DNA from: Vicugna vicugna
Taxonomy: Eukaryota
Length of the DNA stretch: 64,000 nucleotides
Direction of reading: 5' to 3'
Assembly: GCA_013265495.1 (NCBI GenBank)
Contig: MU058387.1
Location: 62,001 to 126,000 of the forward strand
Shown here: positions 52,318 through 64,000 of the stretch, one piece after another
Layout of the letters: each line of letters opens with the position of its first letter
Numbering within the stretch: the stretch's first letter is position 1
Notes under the pieces: generated by a model
Seen by the model: only the letters and a program-made list of their open reading frames with translations
Databases searched by the model: none
Told to the model about the DNA's origin: nothing
Translations under genes and position numbers: made by a program

Positions 52318-53218
52318 CTCTCATGCATATTATAGTATTCAAATAGATACAGGGATGAGGTTGGGGTGGTTAGCAGTTTATCAGCTCATCCAAAACATGG
52401 ATCCAAAGCCCAGTCTGTTCCCAGCTAATAATCTCCTTCCACATCTCCCTCGACCTTGGCCCCATTAGACTAGGTCATCAATGATGTACTTCCACATCCC
52501 GAGCCAGAATACAGCAGACAGGAATCTGTCTCTCTGCATGTTGACACACCTTTGAAGCTGGCCTCTTAGTATTTTTCCCATATAACTTTATCTTATATCT
52601 TTTCTCTTATTATCTTTTGATAGAAGGTACTGTTACTTCTTTTCCAGCTGCAGTGACAAAGCTTGGGCTTCAAGATAGTTTTGACAGGAGTTACTCTAAT
52701 ATTGTGTGCAATAACAAATTCCTGTTTTGCTTCTCAGTAATTACGGATATAGAAGCTCCACATTTGCCCAAAAACAAACGGACTTGAAATCAGCGTATGC
52801 TAACATTTTTTTTTCTGGGAAAAAGGTGGGAAAATACACATCAGACAAGCCATCAAGTGTTTGAAAAGGTTAATTGACTAAAATGTGGTGTTCACCTAGT
52901 TCCTGAGTAGAGAAACAGAGTTGATCCAATGAATCAAGCGTTCAGGTAAGAAATCACCTCTTTCTTTCCTGTCTTCATCTTCTCTTTTAAAGTTACTTAA
53001 AAATAGCTTCCATTCAGATAACTCATTCTGGCCTCCATTCTTTCTCAGGTATCAGTAACTCAAATGGCAAGTGGTCCCGTAGACAATTTTGTCGAACAGG
53101 TGGTTCTACAACTATTTTGGTTCACTTACTTGGGTTTATGCTACAGGTGTACTTTCCAAACTCATTTCATATACTATACATTTCATAGAAACAGTGGGCA
53201 AAGACTAATGGCTCATTT

Positions 53219-53223
<5 letters not shown>

Positions 53224-53249
<26 letters not shown>
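53224..53249. repeat. (TA)n microsatellite
   Basis: Read directly from the sequence. Confidence 0.92.
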
Positions 53250-53255
<6 letters not shown>

Positions 53256-53323
53256 TATATAATATACTGTGGATGAACATATATGAAAAATCATACTCAA
53301 AGGACTCCCTATAAAGATGGGAA

Positions 53324-53640
53324 GACTCACAGACATAGAAAACAAACTTGCGGTTACCAGGAGGGGAAAGGGACGGGGAGGGATAAACTGGGAGTTTGAG
53401 ATTTGCAGATGCTAACTAATATATATATATATATTTGTAAAATACATAAACAAGTTCATACTGTATAGCACAGGGAACTATACTCAATATCTTGTAGTAT
53501 TTGGTAAAAAGGAATATGAAAATGAATATACGGATGTTCATGTATGACTGGGGCATTGTGCTGTACACCTGAAATTGACACAACATTGTAAACTGACTAT
53601 ACTTCAATAAAAATACATATATACAGAAATTTTAAAATAA
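53324..53640 (+). mobile_element. Lineage-specific L1 3' end
   Basis: agactcacagacatagaaaacaaactt...gggagtttgagatttgcagat...ctgtatagcacagggaactatactc...aactgactatacttcaataaaa. Confidence 0.93.
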
Positions 53641-55529
53641 CCTAAAAGGAGAGGAAGTAATTGATCATGTTGTAATAGGTCATAAAGGAATTCAAAGCCA
53701 AGTACATTGGGCTTTGGAAGTTACCCCTTTCCTTGACAAGGAGAGAGGATGAGATGTCCACGGAAGGGATTTAAAACCGTGAACTTGGATAGGGCACTGA
53801 AGGGAGTTAAGAAGGAATGTGGCTTATAGACAAGAACTGTATAGTGATCTGTATGCCACAGACTGATTACACTTCCCTGTTAGTTAGCAGTCAGTTGCCA
53901 TGTTTGGTGCTAGACTGGAATAGATCTGAGTGCTGCTGCTTTGTGCGTGTGCATGCAGGTTTTCTCATTTTGATCAAGGCGTGATAAAGCTGCCTTGATC
54001 TTCAATCTAAAGTAGGGTTCAAGTTACCTTACTTCAATAGACCTATGGATGCTGGATGGAGAGACAATAACACTATTTTTTCCCTATGATGGTCATGAAA
54101 TAACACTGACTTATCCAGTAATCTGCAAAAGTGATGTATATGATTTTAGTAATATTTTGTAATTTTCACGTGTTATATGCTCTCTCAAAAAGTTCTAACT
54201 TCACTCCTTAAGATCTTACTATTCAATAAAAATTTGCAAATATAACGTTAATTCATAACTCCCAGAAAACACCTGATCAAAGTCACTGAAAACCCTCTTC
54301 GCTACCAATATACATGACATTGAGTACTGCCCTGCCTGGTGTCAAGGAGAACATTTCACTGCATATTCCAGAAACAACAGCAGTTTAGTGGTTGGGGGAC
54401 TGGGGTCTGTACAGCACACTGCATATGTCAGAATTTTACAGGACCTCTAGGCTCCAAAACATAGCTAATAAATTTGTTCCTATTCTAGTACATAATAGAA
54501 AGACCTGAAGTCATCTTTTTGGGGTGAGGGTATTACATAAATATTAGAAAATGTTCATAACTTTCCAGTGCACATGCCTGCCACATGCTTGTGCACAAAG
54601 AACATTTTTAACAAGAGAACTGATTCAGACATTAAAAATGTTGTTTCTTTTATTGTTCCTCATTTTAAAAGGTAATAAACATTCTTGTAGATATTTGGAA
54701 AAATACAAAAAAGGAGAAAAAAATGCCAGGCTCTGACCTACTTTTCAGAAGCCACCGCTGTTATCTGTCTGATCTATTTTCTGGAGAGCTGACTTTCTTA
54801 AATATTCTCTCACTGAGACTATCTTGGTTCCAACAATCACCATCTTAAGCTTGAGATATAAATGCAGATCCTATGTGCTCTCCCCTCCTCTGGGGTTTTG
54901 ACATTCTAAACCAGCCTATATATGCACAGAAGTGTATTTCCCAAAGGCTGTCTGTGGCTAGTTCATTCTCTCGGCCTTGGTCTTAGCCTAAATATGGAAG
55001 AACGAAGGGTTTAGGAAGGGGACGCCACAAAAAAAGGAAGTGTGTCTTTGTTGGTAATATGTTTTTCCAAAAGGCCATAAGAGGCTGTTTACATTATGGC
55101 AACCTCTGAGTAGAACAGATGGTCTTCTGAGACTCACTACAAAATCAATTTGATTATTTGCCAGAGCATGGGACTAAGGAGACCAAGGTGTGACATTTCT
55201 AGACCGGTTGGCTTCATTTTTAGTGTTAGCAAATGCCCCATCTCATGGTCATGAACTTCACCCTGACATCTAGAGAAACACCTTTCAAACACCTGCTGCA
55301 ATTCTAAAGGAAGCTGGGGGTGGGGGAGGGCAAGGCATTTTGATCAAAGATGTCAATCCCATTTCACTGTTGGGAAATCTCTGAGGATTTATGCAGGCAG
55401 CATCAAAGCTGCATCTAAATCAGCACATATTGGCTTTGAAAGGGAACTGAAACAAGCAAATGTTATTAAACGCTATGGATAGTATGTGACTAAAAATCTC
55501 TATATGGATAGATGGACCCTGCAACACAA

Positions 55530-56000
55530 GACTGCGGCTGTTGCATCTTAACTGCAGGAACCATCCCACCTGTCTACTTAAAAGGACTTTAAACGACTTT
55601 AAACTCCCCAGTGGTTCTTCATTCCTACAAGGTAAAGTCAGCGTTCTTAGGATAATATATATTACCTTCTACAACTTATTTCTTCTCTACCTCCCCAGCT
55701 TCATCTTCCACTGTTCACATTTAATTCCAAAAGGCTTGTAGTTCTCTGCATACGTGGTTGTATAACCTGCCTTCACAACTTTGCTTCTGTTGTCACTTTA
55801 TCAACTCTCTTTAAAGAATCAGTTCAGTCATCACTAGCTCCTAGAAGCCTTCCTTGGTTTGCCTCCTACATTGGATATTGATGGTGTCCTATCCAGATCC
55901 CCTTTACCATCAGTGTACCAGAAGCCATCATTTGCTCACAATGTTGGCTAATCACAACTCACAGTTACACTCTTCTTTGGAGAATTTCCTTTAGCCAAAT
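55530..56000 (+). mobile_element. L2 fragment (highly diverged)
   Basis: ttaaactccccagtggttcttcatt...aaggtaaagtc...tacctccccagcttcatct...cagttcagtcatcactagctcctagaagccttcc. Confidence 0.6.
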
Positions 56001-56069
56001 GGGAGCCATTTTTTTTCCCTAGAGCAATCTTAGCCTGAATTTGTACCATAAAGTAACCCTTAATAATTA

Positions 56070-56262
56070 TAACATTAATGACAATAATAAAAAATAAGAG
56101 GGAGGGAGGAAACTTTTAGAGGTGATAGGTTTAGGGCATAGATTAGAGTGATGGTTTTACAGGTGTATACTTAATCGCTAAACTCATCAATTTGTATACA
56201 TCAAATAGATACAGCTTTTCTAAAATTATCAATCATATCTCAATAAAGTGGCTTTAAAAAAA
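56070..56262 (+). mobile_element. L1MC-like 3' end
   Basis: gggaggaaacttttagaggtgat...ggtgtatactt...aaactcatcaatttgtataca...tcaatcatatctcaataaagtgg followed by an A tail. Confidence 0.85.
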
Positions 56263-57434
56263 GAGTACCCATGGTAGCAGACAGAAAGACTAAGCATGTG
56301 TTCAAAACATGAGGAGCCTCTCACCAGGTCTGAGGGTCTATAGCAAAAGAATAAATATTTAGGATTTTATTCCCTCTTATATATCCCATACCCTTATCCC
56401 CGTCTTCTGCACACCTCTCATATTTATAAAAATGTTTTCATTGCTTTTGTTTTAAGATACACGGAATGTACAATCTGAGCCTCTCTTGATGTATTCGTGA
56501 AAGCTGACTCTCAGCTTAACCTTCAACATTTTGCTAATTTCTGCAACCTTAGCCTGAATTTGTTTCATAAAGCAAACCTCAGGTTACCTATTGGCTTTTT
56601 TCTTTGATAATGTAATGTTTCATAAGGGTAAGCATTTCCCTGTAATAAGGTACATTTGTGTTGAAAGCTTCTGCTATATTTCTGTCTCTAGACAATAAAT
56701 TTAAGAAGACGATCATGGGTCCTAGCCTTGAATCTGTATAAAGAATGAAACATAGGGAGAAGGTAGAGCCTGTTTTTACTAACCATCATCATTCTGTAAA
56801 AATGTCAACTCTTCTCTCATTTCTATTCCATGTGGACTTTATCACAGCCTTCTGCCTTTCATTAAATGAGACCCTTGCTCTGTGGTCCTTATGCCCTAAA
56901 ACGCGTCAGCCAGGGTCATGGTCAAATTGTAATGGGGGCAGAGAAACTAAGGAAAGCCCGCCCTGGATCTACTCCCCTTGCTCTAGGGACTGAAAACATC
57001 TCTTGATCAAAGCAATAATTTTGGAAGACTCTGAAAATTGGGACGTGATATGTTTTCTTTATGGTTTAATTGTAAGATAAATCTAGAAGTCCAGATATAT
57101 ATGTAGATATAATTTAAGGGACAGCTTCTTTTTTGAGGTGCAGAACAAAAATAAGGAACTCCGACACCTACTTTTAAAACAGGAATGAAGCAGTTCAAGA
57201 AGAAAACGTTCTAAGCAAAATACAATGGGATGCTTTAGAAGAAAAGTTCAACAATATGCTAAAAGTTGAGTTCTTAATCATCTGAAGTACATTTTTTTTT
57301 CCTTTTTTGGAAGTCATTTGGTTTGGGGCTTTATAAAAGGTATAAAGGTAATAAAAATTTGGATGTGATCTTTTTGTAATTTCCACCAACACTAAGTATT
57401 CAAGGAAATACACCTGTTTTCTATGATGTAGATA

Positions 57435-57625
57435 AAGCAAAGATTTTGAAATCAGAATCCATTTTAAATCCAGGCTTTGCAAATGAATACTCTCTAACAA
57501 AACTCTCTGAGCCTTGGTTTCCTCAACTATAAATGAGGATATGCTACCTTAAACTTGTGCTGTGAGTCTGAAATCAGGTGACATATATGAAAGTGCCTGA
57601 CAGAAATGGTAGGAACTCAATTGAT
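57435..57625 (+). mobile_element. MIR SINE
   Basis: tttgaaatcaga...aactctctgagccttggtttcctcaactataaatgaggat...atatgaaagtgcct. Confidence 0.8.
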
Positions 57626-57799
57626 TTCTATTTTTTCTATTATTCTTCTCTTCCTTCCTTCCCTTAAGAGAAAAATAAATAAAATGATCCCTTGAAGATG
57701 TATGTGCATTAAGAAAAGTTAATTAGGAAAGAGTTAGTGATACGTTAATATCAACAGTTATAAGTTTAATACCACTATACATCTCCGACACTCTGCAGC

Positions 57800-57990
57800 C
57801 TGTGAAACATAACATTCTTTATTATTCTGAACGACCTGCTGAAATCAGGGTAAAAAGCATTCTTCAGCCATTTCATAAATGAGGTGAAAGTCTCACACAG
57901 GTTGCGTGAGTTATACAAAATCACACGTCCATTGAGGGCTGTTGACAGGACCAGAACCCAGGCCCTCCGATTCTACGTCCAGTTGCTAAA
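57800..57990 (-). mobile_element. MIR fragment
   Basis: ccatttcataaatgaggtgaaag...ggttgcgtgagtt...aaaatcacac...ggaccagaacccagg. Confidence 0.65.
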
Positions 57991-59589
57991 TCGCACAATA
58001 AAGTCATTGTCATAAAACTGTCTCGCCAAAAACAATCAAGAAACCTTCCCCAAATTAACAGGCTTCATGTTCACTTAGGAATCATCTCAGTAAAAATAAT
58101 TAACCGGCTTTCCATCTGTGGGATTAATTTTTTCTGGAACCTATATGTTTCTAAAGAAAACTTTGATTAATACTTAGAGCTGAGATAAGAAATACTCTGC
58201 AGTTAGACGGGTTGCTCAATATATAACAGGATTCTTTAGGATGAATTTGTAAATACTTCCTGGGAGCTCGAAAATACAGTGCTCAGTAAATGTGTGAAGG
58301 TGTGAAATGAGGGATCTGAGAAAATCAAGTCTATGTAACATGATGCCTTAAAAGAGAATGGAGAAAATATGAATTAAGTATACAAAGAATGAAAGAGACT
58401 GCAAAGTCTGGAAAAAATATACATTCCTCTATCATATTAAACTATTAAGTCATCTTACCTGATATATTAGGAGTCTGAATCTACTGAATTCAGCATATAA
58501 TGCTTGAACATATTTAACAAATTAGGACAACGCTTAGTTGAATAAATCAAAACTCAGTAGCTTCATTCCAAAAAAAGAAGGCATTTGTACAATATAATGT
58601 TCATTACAACATCAATTCACCATCATGATCAAAGCTAATTGTCCCTCTGATCTGTCCTGTGTAAACTAGAGACATGAACAGCAATACAAATGCCCACGTC
58701 TCCACTGCTGGATCAATGAATGTCTAAGTCTTGAGATATTTAAATTTCTGATACATTCTGAGACATGGTAAGTTATACTTGGCAACTAATCACTATAGTA
58801 TATGTAAATAACTAACTAATGTCCCTTTCCTCCCTCCTATTTGTTAGTTTCTAAGAGAATAAATTAATAGAACTGTCTCCATTTAATTTTTCCGTATTTA
58901 TAAGGGTTAAGATTTCTATGTTTGAGAAAATGCAGAAGGAACTAAAAACAAAAAGCAATAAAGCATATAAATGACTCTAAATATATCACCTGTCTTCGAA
59001 GTAAAGATTTTTCTTTAGGTGAATTTAAGTCATTTCTTTACTTTTATCTGAATAAATCACCACCATTATCTACTCACTCATGTGCATTCTAATCACGACA
59101 GGATGATGTGTCAGCAACTACATAAATATGAATATTCTACTCATAATCAAAACTGCAACATAATGACTAACATCATGCCTGAAGGGAAAAGCAAGACTTC
59201 CAGAAAAAGATCTGTGAGGGGATTTGGTTCAGTCATGTTTTAACTAGAAAGCAGAAGTTATTTCTGAGGAGATCAGCCTTCATCATGCAAAAATATTTGC
59301 AATCAGCATTAGACTCTCTTCCCAGGCCTAGGATTGACTATTGCAAAATGCTGGGCTCAAAGCACACTTGTTTTATCTTTACAAAACCAATCAGCTTTTA
59401 TTTTAATTCAGTGAACTGTTTCACAGGCAATATTTAATGAATTACTCTAAAGAAAGGGTTTATAAAAACGACATTCCCTTTTCTTCTGATTGTGTCAACT
59501 TAAATGACAAATGTGAGAAAATACTATATAATTTAAAAAAAAAACTTCCATTTTTAAACGGGTAAGTATTTTAACTGTAAGGCTTAACA

Positions 59590-59915
59590 ACCAACATGTT
59601 CACCACTATTTTATTCACAACAAATGTGGAACAATCTAAACCTCAACAGAAGAGCAGCAGATAAATACAGATTACATATTGCATCACTATAATGTGTATT
59701 AACTAACAAATTTTACTAAATTGGGAATATGTTCACAATAAAATGCAGCAAGAGAAATGCAGGAAACCTTATATAAATATGGGATCAAGTGTATAAGGAA
59801 AATGCATTGAAAATACACCCAAAATATTTCAGTGATTAGAGTGATTTTGTTATCTTTTGAAATATTTCTATATTTTTCAAGCTTTTAATAGTGGCCATGA
59901 AGTACTTACATAATC
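59590..59915 (+). mobile_element. Ancient L1 (L1ME-like) fragment
   Basis: atgttcaccac...tggaacaatctaaa...ggaatatgttcac...tttctatatttttcaa...tacttacataatcagaaaa. Confidence 0.55.
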
Positions 59916-61062
59916 AGAAAATGTGTCTTTTTATTGACAGCTCTTTATGCAGTCTTGGGCACGGTCCATTTAAATCACTGAAGCACCACCACCATCTACT
60001 ACACCATATACTCGTCAATGCCCTGGCAAAATTCCACTTTCTTAGAAAACACACTGCACTTCACCCCACTTTCAGACTTTATTCTTTTCACTCTGTATGC
60101 AATGCACAAGCATAGAAAGCACGAAGATTTATCACAGCATGATCAGCATCAGTGGCTTCATTCTATTCTCTTACAGTGTCTTTTTCATGGAGTCTTACCA
60201 ATCTCATGACATCTCTTGACAGCACGTAACAAGAGGAAGACCATGGCTACGGAGCGCAAGAATCCCCCGCTCACTGTAAGAGCTCGATACACTGAAAGGT
60301 GATGCCAAAGAGCAGGCTTGGGATGTGGAGCTTAGCGTGGGGAGCTTGACCCTTCTCCCAGCAATTATTTAACTAGCACATCATTTAATGTCTCTGTCCC
60401 ATTTCTTTGCGTAATATTGGGAAAACATCATCTATATCCCACGCACTATTTCAGACCTATCCCCACAGACCCAACACAGAGCAACTCCATTTCCCACATA
60501 GGACCAAGCAGCCCACAAGTGCAATGCTGTCACTTTGCAGTGGAGAAATACGAGGCTGATTCCCTGTCGTTTTCCTGCAACTGTGAACAGGAGAGTAGTT
60601 ACTTAGTATTAATGAAATCTGACTTTCTGATTTCCCTTTCCTTAATTTTGTCTCTAAAAATAAACATAATTACTCAAGTCTTTTACCACGTTATCAGCTT
60701 TCCCTTCATGTTTGATGAATAACTGTCCCAAATCTATGATTGCGAGCAAATGATTCCAAAATCATTAATTTGATGAAGCCAAACAATAATCAATATAGGA
60801 AAAAAAGAAACAAAGACAAAAATGCAAAATCATTCCGAGTGGGATATGACAAAAAAAAAATGACTATATCTACAAAGTCATCCAACTTCTTTAGTTGGTT
60901 AACAAGGAAATGCACTGGGGAAAAAAATGTTTAAAAAGCAGATTAATTGTTTGACATCTCACAGAATAAATTATTTGATTGGCAGAAATTTTAAAGTCAA
61001 ATAAATGCTCTGACTCTGTATTTCAACCCCCACATACTGCAAATAAGGTACTTTTTCAATTA

Positions 61063-61351
61063 CGTATTAGATTAACTAACTTACTGATTCTCAGTAGAGA
61101 GAGAGAGAGAAAGGTTGTCAGGGCTAGATCAGAAAGGGGTATAAGAGACGGAACTTGAAATTATTCGCATTGAACCATCATCTTATCACAAGATGACAAG
61201 TAAGTAAAGCAGGAGGTTTTACTTAAAGTCAACTGACACTAGATGTCGGTCACACTTACAAAATGCCTTCACAGCAACATCTAAGCTAGTGCTGACCAAA
61301 CACCCGGGCACCATAATGGAACCAAGTTGATACACAAAATTAATCATCACA
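61063..61351 (-). mobile_element. MLT2-family LTR (partly deleted)
   Basis: ttacttaaagtcaactga...ccttcacagcaacatcta...tgaccaaaca...ccaagttgatacacaaaattaatcatcaca is a characteristic MLT2 terminus. Confidence 0.8.
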
Positions 61352-61354
61352 GTG

Positions 61355-61760
61355 GTGTTAAAAAAAAGTAAAGCATGATGTATAGGCGAAGTGATGGGGA
61401 AATAAAAGTACTATTTCAGGTGGCTAGTTAAGGAAGATCTGATAGTCAATGTTCCAACCAAAACCCAAAGTGAGTGAGGAAGGAGCTATGGAGAGATTGT
61501 TAGGTAAAGCACTGAACACAAAAGAAACTAAGTTCAAAAGCCTTAAGGTGGGAGCGTGGTTGGCATAATGAACAGGAAAGAGAACCTCTCAGTTAAAGAG
61601 TAATGAGGGGAGGGGGAGTGGTAGGAACACGAGGTAAGAGGAGCAATCTAGGAAAAACTGTGTACAAACTTTGAGGTCACGGTATAGGCTTTTATTCTGA
61701 ATGAGATAAGGAGCCAATGGAGGGTGTTGAGCAGAGGAGAGATACGGTTTATGTAGTTCA
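61355..61760 (-). mobile_element. L2 fragment
   Basis: aaaagccttaaggtgggagcgtggttggca...ggcttttattctgaatgagataaggagccaatggagggtgttgagcagaggagaga. Confidence 0.8.
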
Positions 61761-62949
61761 ATGACGTGAATTAATGGCCTCAGCAGAAATGAATGTCTTG
61801 AGCAACACTGGTAATTGATAAATAAGATCTGCAGCGTGAGAAAAGGAGGAAGTCAGTTTTGACTTTTTCCTTGATATTACCTTCTACCTTATTGTAGTGG
61901 ATGCCTGGTAAACATGAATTAAATATGAATTACCTCAAAATATGAGTTTGCCATCTCAGAGAAACAAATAGTAAAGCACAAGTCACTTAAATTCTGTTTT
62001 GTTAGTAATCTAAAAAAAGCATGCATGTAGGTGAAGGTTTATCTCAATTACCCTGATAATTTTCTTCACATCAGCATTATAATTTGGATGTGTTTTCAAA
62101 AATCCAACTACCCCTTGGTTAAGAATCAAAAGACTGTTTGAAAATCTGATTGCTTAAAATTTTACTAATGATGGTGTTCAGAGTCAGGAATTTATCAAAT
62201 GCCTGCATTTTCCTCATCATGTTTGGGGATATTTGGAAAACATGTCACTATCTCCACCATTCAAAAGAAAACATTGTCTTTGCCTTTAATGACCAAATCA
62301 TTTACTTTTTTTGGAAACATTTTCACCCAAAGAAAAAGGTTTTCATTTAGAAATGTAAACATCTTGGCTGTTAGGCTGGTACCAAATAAAAGATTCCCTG
62401 ATTGCTTTAAATGAGCCATTTAGAAACCCTTGCCAATGTAGACACAGTCCGTCACATTCTACAATGTGTCAAAGCATTCCACCTTCATTGGTGCTTTGTA
62501 AATCACACCAGGGATTTGAGTAAATTAGTCGGCTTTTTCACTAAGAACCAGATGTTCCACCTCCACTGAGTTGTACTTGGGAAAACAATGCATTATTAAG
62601 TGACTCTGAGCCAGGCAATCAGGAAGAAATGTTGCATCTGGCTGTCAAAATGTACGCCAAGTTCAACCTGCAGCCATAGAGAGTCTTCAAGGCAACATTC
62701 AATCCCCACTAACTGGAATCTAAAATGACACGGGATGGTTATTAAATTTTCTGAATTCTAAGGATGTGTGACAGACCATAGAGTTATTAGGTCAAAAGCA
62801 CCCCTAGTGGAGTTAGAAAGTAGATCAAAGTGCCTAACATAGAACGGGGGCGGGGGGGGCCAAAAAGTCCATATGGATATAGACAATTGGAGTCTGAGAG
62901 CTAACAGCCTGTGCATCCAGATTCTAGAGGAAAAGTGATCAAACAATGT

Positions 62950-63100
62950 AGAATGAAAAAAGAAAGAGGAAGAGAGAAAAGAAGAAAGGTTAAAGAGAAG
63001 AAAGAATGAAGTGGGGGAAAAAAAGCCAAGAAGGAAGGAAGGGAGGGAGGGAAAGAAGGAAAGATGGAAGAAAGGAAAGGGGGAGGGAAGGAAACATTGA
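62950..63100. repeat. Polypurine (GAA/GGAA) low-complexity tract
   Basis: About 150 nt almost entirely A/G on the plus strand. Confidence 0.85.
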
Positions 63101-63844
63101 AAAGTTGGGAATACATTTACCAACTCTAACCTATGTCCAAGACCTCCCAGATTGTGGCTAAAAATAATTGTGCTTGTCTTACCCACAGGATTCCAAATTA
63201 CTAAGAGAACTGCCCCCTTAAGAATGCCCCAGTTTTTCTGGGTGTCCTCCAGCGAGTGTCTCATATGAGCAAACTTGTCCACTGCAGTCACCACACAGGG
63301 TCTGACCGACTCCTTTTCTCTTACTTTTATGCCTACTTGTCCCCTGCTATGCCTGCGAAGCCAAATGCTGGAGACTCCCTGCCACTGCCCACTCTATGAC
63401 TTCCTTTTTTTTTTTCCTAAGGATGCTAACCCATGGTGCACAAGGCATCTTCCACGTATCTCAATGTATTCCAAGATACCTGAAAATATAAGCTATGAAC
63501 AAGAACAGGAGAATGACCTCTTCTGTAATTAAGTTTTATATCTCATGGGGCTCTGGACATAAGCACAGATGACTGTCAGTCTAGAACAGTTAAGTCAGCT
63601 TCTGGTCTTTTCTTCTCCACCATAGGAAGTCAAACCTAACCCAAGCAGCTGGCCAAAAAAACCAAACAATTTCTCACATCTTACTCAGTGTTACCCTATA
63701 GGTATCATCTCCCAATCCCAAGCTCTTTCCTTTTCCAAATTTTAAAAGAGAACATGTCCTGACATGTCAGTGGATGTACACAGATACAGAACAAAAGATG
63801 CTCACGTGCGAAGTTTGTGCTACTATCATCCTGGATCAGGTAAA

Positions 63845-64000
63845 CAGTTAAAGAGTAATGAGGGGAGGGGGAGTGGTAGGAACACGAGGTAAGAGGAGCA
63901 ATCTAGGAAAAACTGTGTACAAACTTTGAGGTCACGGTATAGGCTTTTATTCTGAATGAGATAAGGAGCCAATGGAGGGTGTTGAGCAGAGGAGAGATAC
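63845..64000 (+). repeat. Exact direct copy of 61590-61745 (offset 2255 bp), running off the window end
   Basis: 156/156 identity by manual alignment, from cagttaaagagtaatgagggg to gcagaggagagatac. Confidence 0.97.

Noticed and set aside
62758..63294. Longest ORF (178 aa, minus strand) as a gene
   Set aside because: It stays open because it crosses a stop-poor CT-rich tract (F/S/L/P-rich peptide), starts at GTG, and has no recognisable domain.
1..64000. CRISPR array, operon, CpG-island promoter or intact retroviral/transposase gene
   Set aside because: No repeat-spacer periodicity, no long ORFs and CpG depletion throughout. The LTRs are solo and the DNA transposons are non-autonomous.

Overview
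AT-rich mammalian DNA, most likely non-coding (a large intron or intergenic region). I could not identify any protein-coding gene, RNA gene or CRISPR array. The only protein homology I recognise is to decayed L1 ORF2 and L2 reverse-transcriptase remnants. Three tRNA-Ala-derived SINEs resemble the camelid Vic-1 family and several L1 3' ends are of cetartiodactyl type, so the source is probably a camelid (inference). Much of the window is old eutherian repeats (L1, L2, MIR, L3/CR1, MLT1, MLT2, MER21, LTR16, MER5A, MER20, MER3) plus microsatellites. Repeat families were assigned from my recollection of consensus sequences, so subfamily names and boundaries are approximate. The most notable observations are: (1) the last 156 bp of the window are an exact copy of 61590-61745, suggesting a recent 2255-bp tandem duplication or an assembly artefact; (2) a short, apparently templated insertion inside a MER21 LTR matches sequence 1.3 kb downstream; (3) an L1 ORF2 is joined abruptly to an unrelated GC-richer segment; (4) a few strong splice-signal pairs and TF-motif clusters could mark non-coding exons or enhancers. 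I found no evidence of a new gene system.
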